Assembly (NCBI GenBank): GCA_023920165.1
Contig: CP089274.1
Coordinates: 4,526,001-4,590,000 of the forward strand
DNA: 64,000 nucleotides
Source: Curvularia clavata
Taxonomy: Eukaryota
Direction: 5' to 3'
Under the pieces are notes generated by a model, which was given only the letters and a program-made list of their open reading frames with translations, did no database searches and was not told where the DNA came from. Of this stretch, positions 1 through 11,289 are shown in pieces. Numbering within the stretch: the first letter of the stretch is position 1; each line of letters begins with the position of its first letter. The position numbers and the translations under genes are program-made.

Positions 1-1222
1 TGGTGATGCTGGGGGAGGTGGTGGCGGTGCAGCAGGCGACGAGCGACCATAGGCATTTCGAGCCGCCGTTTCTGCGAGCGACGGGGCATGTCCGTTTGGA
101 GGCGGAGGGGGCGCAGGTATTGATGGCGCGTGAGAACTGTATCTGTAGGGATCGTACTCGTCGTCGTCCGTCGGGTTCGCTGGCGGTGGAGCTGAAGGAG
201 GTGGAGGTGGAGTCGATCGCGCCGGTGCTCGAGGCGCTGGTGAAGGAGGCAGAGGGGGTGCTGGTGGGGCTCCGGTAGGCCGAGGAGACGTTGAAGTAGG
301 AGGCGGCGGCGGTGGTGCAGAAGGCGTGGAAGTTGGAGGTGGTGGTGGTGGAGCGGGTGGGGCGCTTCCCGGCACAGGTGGTGCCCGAGCTGGAGAGGGT
401 GCTGGCGGTGGAGGAGCAAGGCCAGACGGCTTTCGAGATGACGGAGGCGGAATAGGCGGCTTCTTTCCAATCGGCGGTGGAGGCTTTGGCTTTCCGCTGA
501 TACTCGATGCTACTGAAGAAGGTCGGGAATCGGCGCCTCGCAGGGCGTTGATGCCTGGGCGTATGCCCGGCACTGGCGGAGCCGGAGGAGCAGAAGGAGG
601 AGGGCCTGGTGGCTTTGGTGCTGCTCCTCGCGGCGGTGTAGGTACTGAGGCACGATTTGATTCGGGATCTGAGAGGTATGGCGCATGTTCTTGGTCTGCG
701 CCAGTCTTGACGCCGCCTGACTTCCTCAGCTTCGGCATGCCTCCAGCGAACAATCCCGCCAGCTGTGGTGCGGCAGCCATTCCGCCCCCTCCATCATTGG
801 TATCGCTGTTACTTCTCGCACGGTTTGCTCCCCCAGGAACTGGCGGCGCAAGTCCAGGCACCGCGGGCGGCTTGCCCATGCCAGGAATTGCAGGTGCTCC
901 CATAGGCGCCGCGCTTGGCCCGTCGCTCACCTTGCCTACGATTGGCGCCGACCGGTCGTTGATTTGTGTGACTTTCCTTAGCTTTGTGCCCTTGCTGATG
1001 TCTCCTAAGAGCGCTCCCTGCGGCCCATTAGCTGAAGCTCTTTGATGCCCAACTTGCAGAACCGCAGTTTTCGGTTCGTCTGCCATGAATGGAACATACT
1101 CTTCCTGCTCCTGAAGGCGGTTTTCCTCCTGGTCCTTTGCCCAGCATCGGGGGAGGTGGTGGCCCTCCAGCTCCTCGACCCATGGGCGGCATGGGCGGAG
1201 GCGGAGGGGGTGGTGGTGGCAT
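1..1222 (-). CDS. VRP1: Verprolin/WIP-like proline-rich actin regulator with WH2 domain (3' part runs off the window)
   Basis: ATG 1222 gives MPPPPPPPPPMPP. Intron 1018-1099 (GTATGT...GCTAAT...CAG) joins it in frame to the WH2 motif GALLGDISKGTKLRKVTQINDRSAP, followed by Pro-rich sequence. Confidence 0.88.
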
Positions 1223-1468
1223 GGTGGAATGGATACTGCGCTTCGATTCAGGTGTGTTCTCTGTTGCTGATTGTAAAAAGTCCCGTGTGTATATGCAGTC
1301 TCTGACTGCTTGGTTGTGTATGTCGGCGTTCACAAAGTGTCGTGATCAAGTGACGGTTGTGGTTGGAACATTCCGTCACAGCTTGGCATCTGGCACCCCA
1401 ATCCTCAGCCACCCACCGCTGCGTCACCCGAACTTCACTGCGCCCGACGTGGGATCGACCAACACCCA

Positions 1469-2773
1469 ATGCCGCCTGCAAAACTGCCGATGCGCGCCCA
1501 GTCGCGCCCAGTATGTCAATTGTGCGACTACATACTGCGGCAGCCTGGAAATCGCCGCGCGTTTCGGCTCACTTCAACCGTCAAGGCCCCCGCGACAAGG
1601 CGGCAAACTGCGCCAGCGTCTGCTCTAGTCGCCCAATTACCCGTCCGACGCATTACGACGACAGCCCGGAAGGCAGCAGAGGTTGAGAATGGCAATGATG
1701 AAAGCTTGCAAACATCGGAGCGGATTGCAGCGTTGAAGGCAAATTTGGCTGCGGTAGAGGCTCGAATTCGAGAAATATATGATTCACCAAAGGTTGAGCC
1801 GGAAGCAAAAGCCTTGGAGGCACTGGAGGGTTTAGCAGACATTGCTCAACAAGCGATAGCCATACGCTCCCAACAGCCCCTACGAACAAAAGCGCCAATA
1901 AGACAGAGTTCGGCTGGTGCAATACTATCTGGGCTCGGCAGCGATGAGGGCGAAAGAAATGAAAAGAAGACCAGATCGAAGCAACTAGGGCTTGACGCGC
2001 TCCCATCGCCGTCTTATCTTTCCAAGCTCGCGGAAGACTTCATAAGGCACGAAAAGGTTTTCCTCTCTCCGAATGTCCTAGCCGTGTACATCCACCTACA
2101 GCGACTTCTGGCTCGACCGAAGGCCATTCCGGAGGCCCTCTACCTCTATGCACACAAACCAGTCCCAGTTGAAGGCTCGTCGCCCCCCAAGTTCTCCAAG
2201 CCGTCTCCCAAGGCCGCAAAGCAAGCCATTCCTGCCGATCTCGCCGACGAAGCGCTCACGGCTGCAATCGATGCGAAAGACCTTGCCCTGGCTTTGGACG
2301 TAGTCGACCACACATACCGAACCCCGGCATGGCGGCGACACCGCATGGTCACAAAATTGGGACTCCCTGCAGTTTTGGCAAGCATCACCCCGCTCGCGCT
2401 GTACATGATAGCCCAGGAACTTTCCGTATACAGTGGCTATATTGATCCTTGGACTTTTAAGGTATACGCTTTCGCCGGACTGAGCACATATGTCATGTGC
2501 ACTGGCACACTGGGCTTTGTCGCGTTGACCACACACAACGACCACCACGACCGAGTCGTTTGGCGGCCTGGTGTTCCACTTTTAGACCGTTATCTGGGAG
2601 AAGACGAGCGTGCGGCTTTGGATCGCATAGCATGCGCGTGGGGCTTCAAGGAAGAATGGAGGCGAGGTGACGAGGAGGGTGAAGAATGGGAAGGTTTGAG
2701 GCAGTGGATTTTGCTTAGAGGCATGGTGCTTGACAAGCCCGACCTGATGCCTGGTATGAACCCAGGCAGGTAA
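1469..2773 (+). CDS. Conserved fungal hypothetical protein, probably mitochondrial membrane, 434 aa
   Basis: Single long ORF. Arg-rich presequence-like N-terminus, a coiled coil, two hydrophobic segments near the C-terminus, then RVVWRPG..L.DR.L...ERAALD.IACAWGF. Confidence 0.75.
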   Translation: MPPAKLPMRAQSRPVCQLCDYILRQPGNRRAFRLTSTVKAPATRRQTAPASALVAQLPVRRITTTARKAAEVENGNDESLQTSERIAALKANLAAVEARIREIYDSPKVEPEAKALEALEGLADIAQQAIAIRSQQPLRTKAPIRQSSAGAILSGLGSDEGERNEKKTRSKQLGLDALPSPSYLSKLAEDFIRHEKVFLSPNVLAVYIHLQRLLARPKAIPEALYLYAHKPVPVEGSSPPKFSKPSPKAAKQAIPADLADEALTAAIDAKDLALALDVVDHTYRTPAWRRHRMVTKLGLPAVLASITPLALYMIAQELSVYSGYIDPWTFKVYAFAGLSTYVMCTGTLGFVALTTHNDHHDRVVWRPGVPLLDRYLGEDERAALDRIACAWGFKEEWRRGDEEGEEWEGLRQWILLRGMVLDKPDLMPGMNPGR

Positions 2774-2946
2774 CGGCGGGCTATTCAACTATCAACAAAC
2801 CACTGTGTATCAATAATTGCGGAAAGATTGCATCTATTTTATTCCCTGCACCGTGATATTCCTTGACTACGTCAACATGTCTGCTTGAGAAGAAAAAAAA
2901 GCTAAGTCCGTCATTCATAGCATTGACACATATCCTGTGGAAACGC

Positions 2947-2954
2947 AAAAAAAA
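2947..2954 (-). terminator. RNA polymerase III terminator (T8) of the tRNA-Ser gene
   Basis: Run of 8 T on the minus strand, 11 nt after the tRNA 3' end. Confidence 0.8.
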
Positions 2955-2965
2955 TGTGGTTGGTG

Positions 2966-3064
2966 CGACACCTGTGTGATTCGAACACACGCTCCCGAAG
3001 GAACTGGCTGACTTTCCCGAAAGGGACTAGCAGGCCAGCGCGTTAACCACTCCGCCAAAGTGCC
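2966..3064 (-). tRNA. tRNA-Ser(GCT) with 18-nt intron (3010-3027)
   Basis: Acceptor stem GGCACTT/AGGTGTC plus discriminator G. A box TGGCGGAGTGG. Anticodon arm CTGGC-CT-GCT-A|intron|A-GCCAG. Long variable arm TTCCTTCGGGAG. B box GTTCGAATC. Confidence 0.95.
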
Positions 3065-3419
3065 ATAAGTTATAGAGAAATGAACTTGCAACACTTATAA
3101 TATCCATTTCGAAATTTCACATGCGCGATGTAAGTGTTGCCAAATCATCCGTCCTCACCAAGACAACCGCTAAGCCCGGCTTCTCAAATCAAAGTCCATC
3201 ATTCGCTAGTTTGACGACAGTGAGAGAAGTGGGGTTGATTGTGGCGCAAGCTACCCCGCCACCACTTTTACACTATTAACTTCACTCACATCTCAGTTCC
3301 CTCGCTCCCGTGATTTTATCTTGACTGTCCTGCCGAATCAATAGGTAGCTTTTAGCCATTTCAAAGATTTCTCAAAGTCAGAAAACCGTTCGCCGGCCCA
3401 GGCTGTCTTCATACCAACC

Positions 3420-3815
3420 ATGTCCGCGGACGCCGCCCCCATCACCTTCGCGCGATTCTCAAAAGCACTGGAGGATCTTTCTGTAGAGTCCCTCTACGCA
3501 AAATACTCGGAACTCACAAATCAACTCACACATCTCGAGTCAAGCAACAAGCAGCTTGAAGAGTTTGCGCGCGAACATGACGACAAAGATTGCTACGAGG
3601 CGCTCATGGAAAATAAGCAAGTCATGAAAAGGTTTGAAGAGAGGAAAGAGGCGATCAAGCACGAAGTAAGAGACGTGAGAGGTCTTCCCTGGAAGCCAAA
3701 GGAGGATGAGGACAAGGTGAATGGAAGTGCGCCAGCTGCGACAAATGGTGCGGCAACAGAAGAAACCAATGCTGCCGGAGTCCAAGACGAGGGCGAAGAT
3801 GGCGTCTATCTCTGA
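3420..3815 (+). CDS. TMA17: Tma17/Adc17-like small coiled-coil protein
   Basis: 131 aa, good start context (CCAACCATGT). Pattern F..AL.DL....L..K..EL.N.L.HL..SN..L and EAL.EN..V, then an acidic tail. Family recognised from memory. Confidence 0.6.
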   Translation: MSADAAPITFARFSKALEDLSVESLYAKYSELTNQLTHLESSNKQLEEFAREHDDKDCYEALMENKQVMKRFEERKEAIKHEVRDVRGLPWKPKEDEDKVNGSAPAATNGAATEETNAAGVQDEGEDGVYL

Positions 3816-6773
3816 AAAGACGAAAGTGTACCAAATGAAGTTTGACTGTAAGACGCTATGCGCTGTATTTGGTACGAAGGAATCATCGCCTCGGCCCGCG
3901 ATACGACTAGGGCAACAAATACAGTGGAAGTACGTATGCACATTCATTCACTACGTTACTCTGCCGAGATCAATGACATCCTCAGTTTCATGTTTTGCTT
4001 ACGTGGGTGGCAAATGTAGGGACATCCTCAGACGCCGGTGAAGATGCAGTCTGGCCGGATACAATCTCAACAAGCAACACACCACCGAGATAGCTCCTTT
4101 TCAGGTTTTCTAAGTATTGAGGAAGACTCTGGACGACACTTGAAACATATACTACGTCGATCTCAACGGGGGCCTTGGGTCACACCGGCTACTGCTAGAT
4201 CTCTCCCGGTTATTTCTAGATTTTCTGGTCGGTTTTGGTTGCGCGAGCAAGAAATGATCCAGCCGCGGGTGTAGTAATTAGCAGTCTCGTGTTCGCCTCC
4301 TTCCAGCTTGTCCGAGCTTATGTAGTCTACGAAATCAGTCCACCTGTGGATACGCAGTACAACTGCAATGAAAAATGTCACCCTATCCTAATGAGTAATG
4401 ATTTATTGGCAATCCTGGCACATGCATCACTGCCATACAAGTAAACCAAATCCCAACACGACGACACCATGTCATACCAAATATAGTAACGCAGCCAAAG
4501 ATTCATGACACGACAAGCACTCGAGGCATCGTTTCGGATTGTTCTAAATTGAAGGTCGGTGGTTGTTAATCCAGCGGCACGGTACTTGTCCAAATTAGCG
4601 AGTCGCTGCAGGAAGAAAGTTTAAATGGAAGCTAAGGGCCCCAAAACACAAACATCTGAGTAAGCGCGCACACAGGATTGCTGATCCGCGCCATCTGATA
4701 ATTGTCTCCGTATACCATGAATAGTCAGGGGTGGAAATACAGTGCAACACCACGTGATCGAATATCCAAATTTCTTGGCGTGTGTATCCTATAATTGTTC
4801 TGTGTATGAATGGGCTCTTGAACAAATGATAAAATTCAAAAACAGTGGCTCATGACAGCGGTTTAAACTCAAAAAACCACCAGCTTCGCGCACAGCTAAC
4901 AGTTTAAAACTAACTATGTATTTGTACAAGCTGTTGCCTTAGTACATATATATGATCTTATAATTGATTGCTGTTACTAAATGGTCTTGATGATAGCTTG
5001 TCTCAGGTGATAGCTGACTGTTTTGCTTTTCTAGTTGTACTAGTTTGACAAAAGACGGTGCTTATTCGATATCCTGACGCCCTTTTGAGAGACACGTTGT
5101 TCGTTGTTCAGGTACGCTAAATGCATGTCCAACAAACGGGACTGTAATTCACATCATTTTTCGAATAAAGTAGAATTCAAGAAGTGAACGAGTCAAAAAT
5201 GAAAGTTCTCACAAAACGGATGGAGCTCAAATCAGCCAATCAATGTCCTTTCGCATCAAGTTTTTAGTTGTGTTCAACTCAGAGACCACGACCCCTGCGT
5301 ACATTAAGAAAATAAATAAAAAGTCGCTGCTTTGTCTACACCACGACTGGCTAATCATGATGACCATTCTGATAGTGAAATGCACAATCAAGATCATAAG
5401 ACCATTGTTATTGATTCTTATAGATATGATGGAGCGAGTGGTTGAATTCATAGCCACTAGGCCAAATGGAACTAGTCGTGCATGAATGAATGCATGACAT
5501 GAGAACACCCCATGGGGAATCATACTGATAGTCATGTATTCTTCTCCATATCTGAGGAGCTTCTAACTTCGTCTTAGGGTCCCGCTCATATTCTGGGCGC
5601 CCAGAACTTAGCTTGTCAGTCAAAGGTTGATGTGGAGCAAGATGGACGCGATAACCCACAGGTTCCTCGCAGGATGACTACAGGCGTTCTCGGAAAATTT
5701 GGATCCTTCTAGCGGTCTAAGGACGAATGTCGGCCCTGAAGTGAATGTTCAAAAGCCGACGGACGCAAAAGGTTCCCATCAGCTAATATATCATTAAGCA
5801 CTAATTGATTTGGGGGATCTTATGGTCTTTTTGGATTGCTGGGCGGTGAGAATTCATTTTGGATAGATGAAATCAACGTGTAAACGGCACTCTGAGGATA
5901 ATCGAACAGCTCGCTCCTTGGGCACGGGGTCACTGAGGTGGGTCAGAGAACATTGGCGGCTCAAATCCGCCTTGGCGAAGGCAATGCGAATGATTCGAGT
6001 GCCCTTACTGCTTAATCTGTGCGGGCAGAGAATTTCCGCGAGTCGATCTAGAAGCTTTTCCTTCCCGCCTTCGCTCTACCTCGACGTCCAAGCGAAAGTC
6101 GGTCAGTGATGGTCAGCCTTCTTGTTGGCCAAGGTCCTTGTCGAGGACCTGGCAGCGTTGCGTCAGATACAGTTCCAACAATCCACTATGCAAGGCTATG
6201 GGGCGGCTCGTGCTCGGACCGGCAGCTTGTTGTGTCTCCCTGTTGTCTGGCACGACGAACGTATTGTAAACACCAGTCTGTCTGAATATAGCACAGAGCA
6301 ATGTTGACGTAGGGTCAATTTCTCGTGCCTGGCTGTCAATGCACCATCAAATAAGCAATGCCAAACCTCAAACCCGCTAAGTTCATGTCTTGACTTGTGG
6401 GCACTCCAGATATTTGCTTTTCCACTGGTGGCACTTTTGCGCCACGGACGCCCATGCTTCTAGATTCCGGCCACCGGGTGTTTCAAGGCGTTTGACGTTT
6501 CGTTCTAGTGCGCACTAAGCCCCGATAGGAACATGCGTGGAGTCTGGTAAACACCCGGTGGGAATTTTTTAAGGAATATCGCCGAGATTCGTGTCCAGGA
6601 ACGGGCGCAGTTGGGCCAGCCTCGTCGTCGCACAGCAAGTTTCGAAACAGGTTGTTTGCGCGCTGCGGTGGGTCGGGCTGCAGACGCAGTGAGTTGACGT
6701 TTAAACATGCTTGCCAAACATGCACTTTAGATGCAGATGACACCTGCATTAGGATTTAAGCATATTCATCGCA

Positions 6774-6779
6774 GGCTAA
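6774..6779 (+). promoter_or_regulatory. Candidate XlnR/Xyr1 site (GGCTAA) upstream of the GH62 gene
   Basis: GGCTAAG about 425 bp upstream of the ATG, with TATA-like TATAAG at 7091. A hexamer can occur by chance, but the context fits. Confidence 0.45.
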
Positions 6780-7200
6780 GCAACCTAGGAAACGCCCAGC
6801 CTCATTTGACCAGCGGCAATGGGTCTTTACCGGGCGTTCCCCGCATTACGGAGAATTCTAGTCCGTGCAGTCGCCCAACTTCCCTTGAAACATCATGTAA
6901 TTTAATATATCCACAACAACGGAACAATATGCCCTACCGAGAACAGACGCATAATGTGGGTGATCAATTTCCACGATCAGGGAATCTGAGGTCCCGAGGC
7001 CAACCCGAATCGTCCAATCCTCGGCAGTATGGGTGCTAGACATGATACATTGGTGTTGTTTGATTGGTAGGTCCGATACTATTGTTCCAGTATAAGTATC
7101 CTGTAGATGCCCATTTACTGAGGGCCATCCAACTTTACACACAGTCCACTCTTTCAACCACTTACCTTCTCTTCGGATTCCACTTCAAACTCCAGCAAAA

Positions 7201-8181
7201 ATGCGTTTCGTTCCTACCGACATCAGCTTCTCCGCGGCTGCGCTCGCGCTCCTGGCTTCGACTGCGTCTGCCCAAAGCTGCAAGCTTCCTACCACCTACA
7301 AGTGGACCTCCTCCGGTGCTCTTGCTCAGCCCAAGTCTGGCTGGGCTTCTCTGAAGGACTTCACTATCTCCAGCCTTAACGGCAAGCACATTGTCTACGC
7401 TACCAACCACGACACCGGCTCCAAGTATGGATCCATGAACTTCGGTGCCTTCAGCGACTTCAGCCAGATGGCCTCTGCCTCGCAGAACGGCATGAGCTTC
7501 ACTGCTGTTGCTCCTACCCTCTTCCACTTCGCTCCCAAGAACGTCTGGGTTCTTGCCTACCAGTGGGGACCCACCACCTTCTCCTACAGGACCTCCAGCG
7601 ACCCCACCAACGCCAACAGCTGGGGTGCCGCTCAGCCTCTTTTCACTGGCAAGATCACTGGCAGCAGCACCGGTGCTATTGACCAGACTGTCATTGGTGA
7701 CAGCAAGAACATGTACCTCTTCTTCGCCGGTGACAACGGCAAGATCTACCGCTCCAGCATGCCCAAGGCCAACTTCCCTGGCAACTTCGGCACTGCCTCC
7801 ACTGTTATCATGAGTGACACCGCCCAGAACCTCTTCGAGGCCGTCCAGGTCTACACTGTCAAGGGCGGTGGCTACCTCATGATCGTTGAGGCCCAGGGTG
7901 GAAACGGCCGTTACTTCCGCTCTTTCACTGCTTCCAGCCTCGATGGCGCCTGGACCCCCAACGCCGCCACCCAGGCCAACCCCTTCGCCGGCAAGGCTAA
8001 CAGCGGTGCCACCTGGACCAACGACATCTCCCACGGTGATCTTGTCAAGATTACCAACGACGAGACCATGACTGTCGACCCTTGCAACCTGCAGCTGTTG
8101 TACCAGGGCCGCAACCCCAACGCCGGTGGCGACTACGACCGCCTCCCCTACAGGCCCGGTCTCCTTACCCTCAAGAAGTAA
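7201..8181 (+). CDS. axhA: Secreted GH62 alpha-L-arabinofuranosidase (arabinoxylan arabinofuranohydrolase), no CBM
   Basis: Signal peptide. Motifs [69 protein letters not shown]. Intronless, with strong C-ending codon bias. Confidence 0.96.
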   Translation: MRFVPTDISFSAAALALLASTASAQSCKLPTTYKWTSSGALAQPKSGWASLKDFTISSLNGKHIVYATNHDTGSKYGSMNFGAFSDFSQMASASQNGMSFTAVAPTLFHFAPKNVWVLAYQWGPTTFSYRTSSDPTNANSWGAAQPLFTGKITGSSTGAIDQTVIGDSKNMYLFFAGDNGKIYRSSMPKANFPGNFGTASTVIMSDTAQNLFEAVQVYTVKGGGYLMIVEAQGGNGRYFRSFTASSLDGAWTPNAATQANPFAGKANSGATWTNDISHGDLVKITNDETMTVDPCNLQLLYQGRNPNAGGDYDRLPYRPGLLTLKK

Positions 8182-8395
8182 ACTGCTTTTTGCAGCTCTT
8201 CTTGCCAGGCCTTCTCTTCATTGTAAATGGACTTTTGTGTTGGAGATTTGTATATAGCAAACTTTTGAAGTGGAATTCGTACATATATTTTTCGAGCCAC
8301 CGGCTTGGGCTCTTTTCTAAAATCTACATTGCGTGAGCTATCAATCGATGCCTCTCTTTCATACCATGACTTGTTCCATCTTTCTTTTAGTGAAT

Positions 8396-10702
8396 CTACA
8401 AACTCCTTGCAAAGCATGCTTCGATAGCCCTCCGACCTTGAGCAACTCCCTGAAGGAAATCCGCCCGACGCTGCTGATGCTGGTAGACTTCATCTCTGCA
8501 CACCTCTAAGCCTGCTCTCTCCCTAGCCGCAATGTCTTGTAATATCGACCGGCTTGGAGGGGCCAGTAATTGGACTCCGCCCCCACTCCTCGCAAGGGCT
8601 TCGTGCGCTTCCATGAAGGCCCAGGCCATTCCAACGAGCAAGTCTCGATGCGCTAACCACCGCATACTCATCCAAACCATGAATTCTGAAAAAGCGACTG
8701 ACTCAGCGTCGCCCAACAACACTGCCTCCCGCAAATTAGACGGCTGTGCGATATCTGCATTGCGGCATATTTCCAGGCCCAGTTCAACAAGCCCAATGGC
8801 CTGGCCATCATCTGTCCGGTGTACCTCGTCCATACCGGCTACACCCGTCCCCTCAACGCTGAAACCAGACTGAGCCCGAATAACGCGGACGATGGCAGAA
8901 CCAAAGGCGTTCGCTGCGCGCACAGGAACGGCTGGCAATGCTTCTAGAAGCGCCGGGGAAGCGAACCATAGGGGGAGAAATTTGGCCAAGTCCAATTTGC
9001 TCAAATCAAGATTCTGCATGCAGTAGATCGTTGGATCGCTCGGTAGGTGCACTGCTGCAGGAGCCACGATATTCTCAGGGGAGAGGAAAACGGGATAGTC
9101 TGTAAGAACGTCCAAGCGCTCGACCCGCAAATCGACATTGCGCCCGGAGATTTGTCCGGTGAATTCCCAGTACACTTTTGCATCTTGATCCGACACTAAG
9201 GCGTTCGAGCCAAGTTCATCAATCCAGGCTTTGACAATACCCACTTCTTTTTCGGTGAAGCTACCGAACATCTTGCCCTCCCACGAGAGCTCTCGGACCA
9301 GTCTGCTTTGGTTGCTGTGGCCTTTGATTACCCAGGGCTTGCAATTACTGAGATCGTGGAGGAAATCCTTCTGCCATGCTGCATTGCTGAAAGCATTTGG
9401 TTCCAGCCAATCTATAAGAGAGCGCCTGCCAATTCTCAAGCGGCTGTTGCAATGAATTTTATGGGCAACAGAGCTCTTCGCTGCAAAGATGGTTATCAGT
9501 TGCGCTTCTGTGTCTGTGCGGGGGAACGGTTCGTTGGCTTCTGATTTGAGTGACGGGCTTTCCGGTGTCGTAGGCAAGCCCTCGGCGAGAATGTAACCAG
9601 CCTGTACGCGTTTCCAAGCGACATGTGCTGCTTTCTCTCCTTGATCTTGAGCAACCAACCTTAGGTAATCTGCCACTGCAGCCATAGCCATGGCAGCATG
9701 GCCGGAATCCGCGTTGTCGATGGAAATGTGCAGCTCGAAATAGTAGGGGTTCAGGCGCAGTTCACGGAGTTCCTTGACCGTCTTGAACAGGTGGAGAGGT
9801 AAGCTCTCGTACGCCATGTTGAATCCCAGAGCCTCCGGCAAAAAGTCATGCGGGAAAAGTGAAATTGCGAGTTGGGCCATGGCAGCTTTCCAGCAACGCA
9901 CTTCGTTCAAGCCATGGCGCGGATGGATGAAATCCTCCGAGTCGGCTTCAGGCAGTTTAGCGTCGATGTCCTCCATCAGCTCCCGATACACATGTACATG
10001 GTTCTTTGCAATATCACCATCTCCCAGCTCTTCGGACATGACTTGCCATGCATTCTTGGTAACCTGGCGATGCTTGAAAGGTGTACTGATCTTGTTGATG
10101 TGTCCGAGCCATGCACCATCAACATACTTGACAGGGGCAGCTTGCTTGAGCCACCATTTTGCTTCTTCTTTATCTCCAAATATCTCGCGCGCTCCTCCAG
10201 CCCGTCGGCGAGTGAGGTACTCTTCCCATCTGTTGGTGACATCGGCATCTTTTGCTGTGAGGAAACCCTTCAGCCCGTCTAATGAAAACTGTTCAACGGA
10301 GAGGATAGTATTTTCCGGCTCCTTTATTGCTTCTGCGATTGTCGATGAGAACAAAGCCAGGAGAAATTCGCGGCACTCAGAGATAATTTCGGGATGATAC
10401 TCTAGATTGTGTAGCTTGTGGTACAGTTGCTTCAGTCTTTCCAGCTCTTCTTTGGCAGAATCAGCTCCATAGGAATCAGGAGAAGTATCGAAACTGGTAT
10501 CCGGAATTGGCAACTTGATATCCCCGGCTGCAGGCCTGGTAGGACTGTGTGGTGTTTCCAGGTCCTTCTTTCTGGGCCAGTTTCTACTCAAACGATTCCG
10601 AACTTCGCTATAGGCAATAATAGCAAGAAAAGCCACCAAAACTGCTGTTGTTGTTTGGAGGATGTACATTGTGGCGTCGTAATGGTGTGCTTGGTATTTC
10701 AT
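8396..10702 (-). CDS. Heme-oxygenase-like diiron oxidase/oxygenase (iron-containing redox enzyme family) with N-terminal membrane anchor; start may be Met at 10669
   Basis: Intronless 768-aa ORF. Motifs APVKYVDGAWL, SEELGDG.IAKNH, EALGFNMAYE and YFELHISIDNADSGH supply the E/H/E/H/D/H ligand pattern of HDOs. Hydrophobic AVLVAFLAIIAY near the N-terminus. Confidence 0.88.
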   Translation of the reverse strand: MKYQAHHYDATMYILQTTTAVLVAFLAIIAYSEVRNRLSRNWPRKKDLETPHSPTRPAAGDIKLPIPDTSFDTSPDSYGADSAKEELERLKQLYHKLHNLEYHPEIISECREFLLALFSSTIAEAIKEPENTILSVEQFSLDGLKGFLTAKDADVTNRWEEYLTRRRAGGAREIFGDKEEAKWWLKQAAPVKYVDGAWLGHINKISTPFKHRQVTKNAWQVMSEELGDGDIAKNHVHVYRELMEDIDAKLPEADSEDFIHPRHGLNEVRCWKAAMAQLAISLFPHDFLPEALGFNMAYESLPLHLFKTVKELRELRLNPYYFELHISIDNADSGHAAMAMAAVADYLRLVAQDQGEKAAHVAWKRVQAGYILAEGLPTTPESPSLKSEANEPFPRTDTEAQLITIFAAKSSVAHKIHCNSRLRIGRRSLIDWLEPNAFSNAAWQKDFLHDLSNCKPWVIKGHSNQSRLVRELSWEGKMFGSFTEKEVGIVKAWIDELGSNALVSDQDAKVYWEFTGQISGRNVDLRVERLDVLTDYPVFLSPENIVAPAAVHLPSDPTIYCMQNLDLSKLDLAKFLPLWFASPALLEALPAVPVRAANAFGSAIVRVIRAQSGFSVEGTGVAGMDEVHRTDDGQAIGLVELGLEICRNADIAQPSNLREAVLLGDAESVAFSEFMVWMSMRWLAHRDLLVGMAWAFMEAHEALARSGGGVQLLAPPSRSILQDIAARERAGLEVCRDEVYQHQQRRADFLQGVAQGRRAIEACFARSL

Positions 10703-11289
10703 CCAGGTATAGATGAATTCCTATGTCGGCTATTAGGAATGTTATGGTTTTATTGTTTGTACTTGACGCGATTGTGGCGGTGAATGCACCAGCGGGCAAA
10801 TGCACCGCACAAATCATGCTGTCAACAGTGACGGTATACATTTGACTGGTACCCGCTTTGTGTCAAACCATTACGGATCTACAATATCGTAGACTAAACG
10901 ACATGTGGTTAGCTGACATGCACCCCACAATACGTCAGACGGCTGTTCCTGTTACCAATGCGATTTCCTTGCGTTAACAGCACCACGTTGCTGGTCGAGT
11001 AAATGTCTCTCGCAGAGATCAGGGATCACTTGCATATGTGGTACCGTCCACTTTCCGAATGATTTCCTTTGTCGTAGGCCAAGGCCCGAACATCATCAAC
11101 GCAAGCTTGGTAACAATGGATCAATACCAAAACACGACGTCACATTGACTCGTTCTATCCTCCGCGGCGCATGCGTCTTTCATGTCGCTCATCTAGACCA
11201 CGCATTTTTGTTTTAGACATGGCGGCGCCTCTGCGCATACTGTGTTTCAAAGACCTCCACGGAATGGCAATTGCTTTTCCCCATTAATT

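Noticed and set aside
326..1045. 239-aa Gly-rich plus-strand ORF
   Set aside because: Antisense shadow of the Pro-rich verprolin gene.
2961..2965. CACCA after the tRNA, suggesting a genome-encoded CCA
   Set aside because: The CCA is offset by 2 nt from the discriminator, so it is ordinary trailer sequence.
3816..7200. Short ORFs and a coding-like minus-strand stretch (about 5870-6300) in the gap before GH62
   Set aside because: No recognisable motif, consistent splice model or terminal repeats. A pseudogene relic cannot be excluded without tBLASTx.
7162..8034. 290-aa minus-strand ORF
   Set aside because: Antisense shadow caused by the strong codon bias of the GH62 gene.
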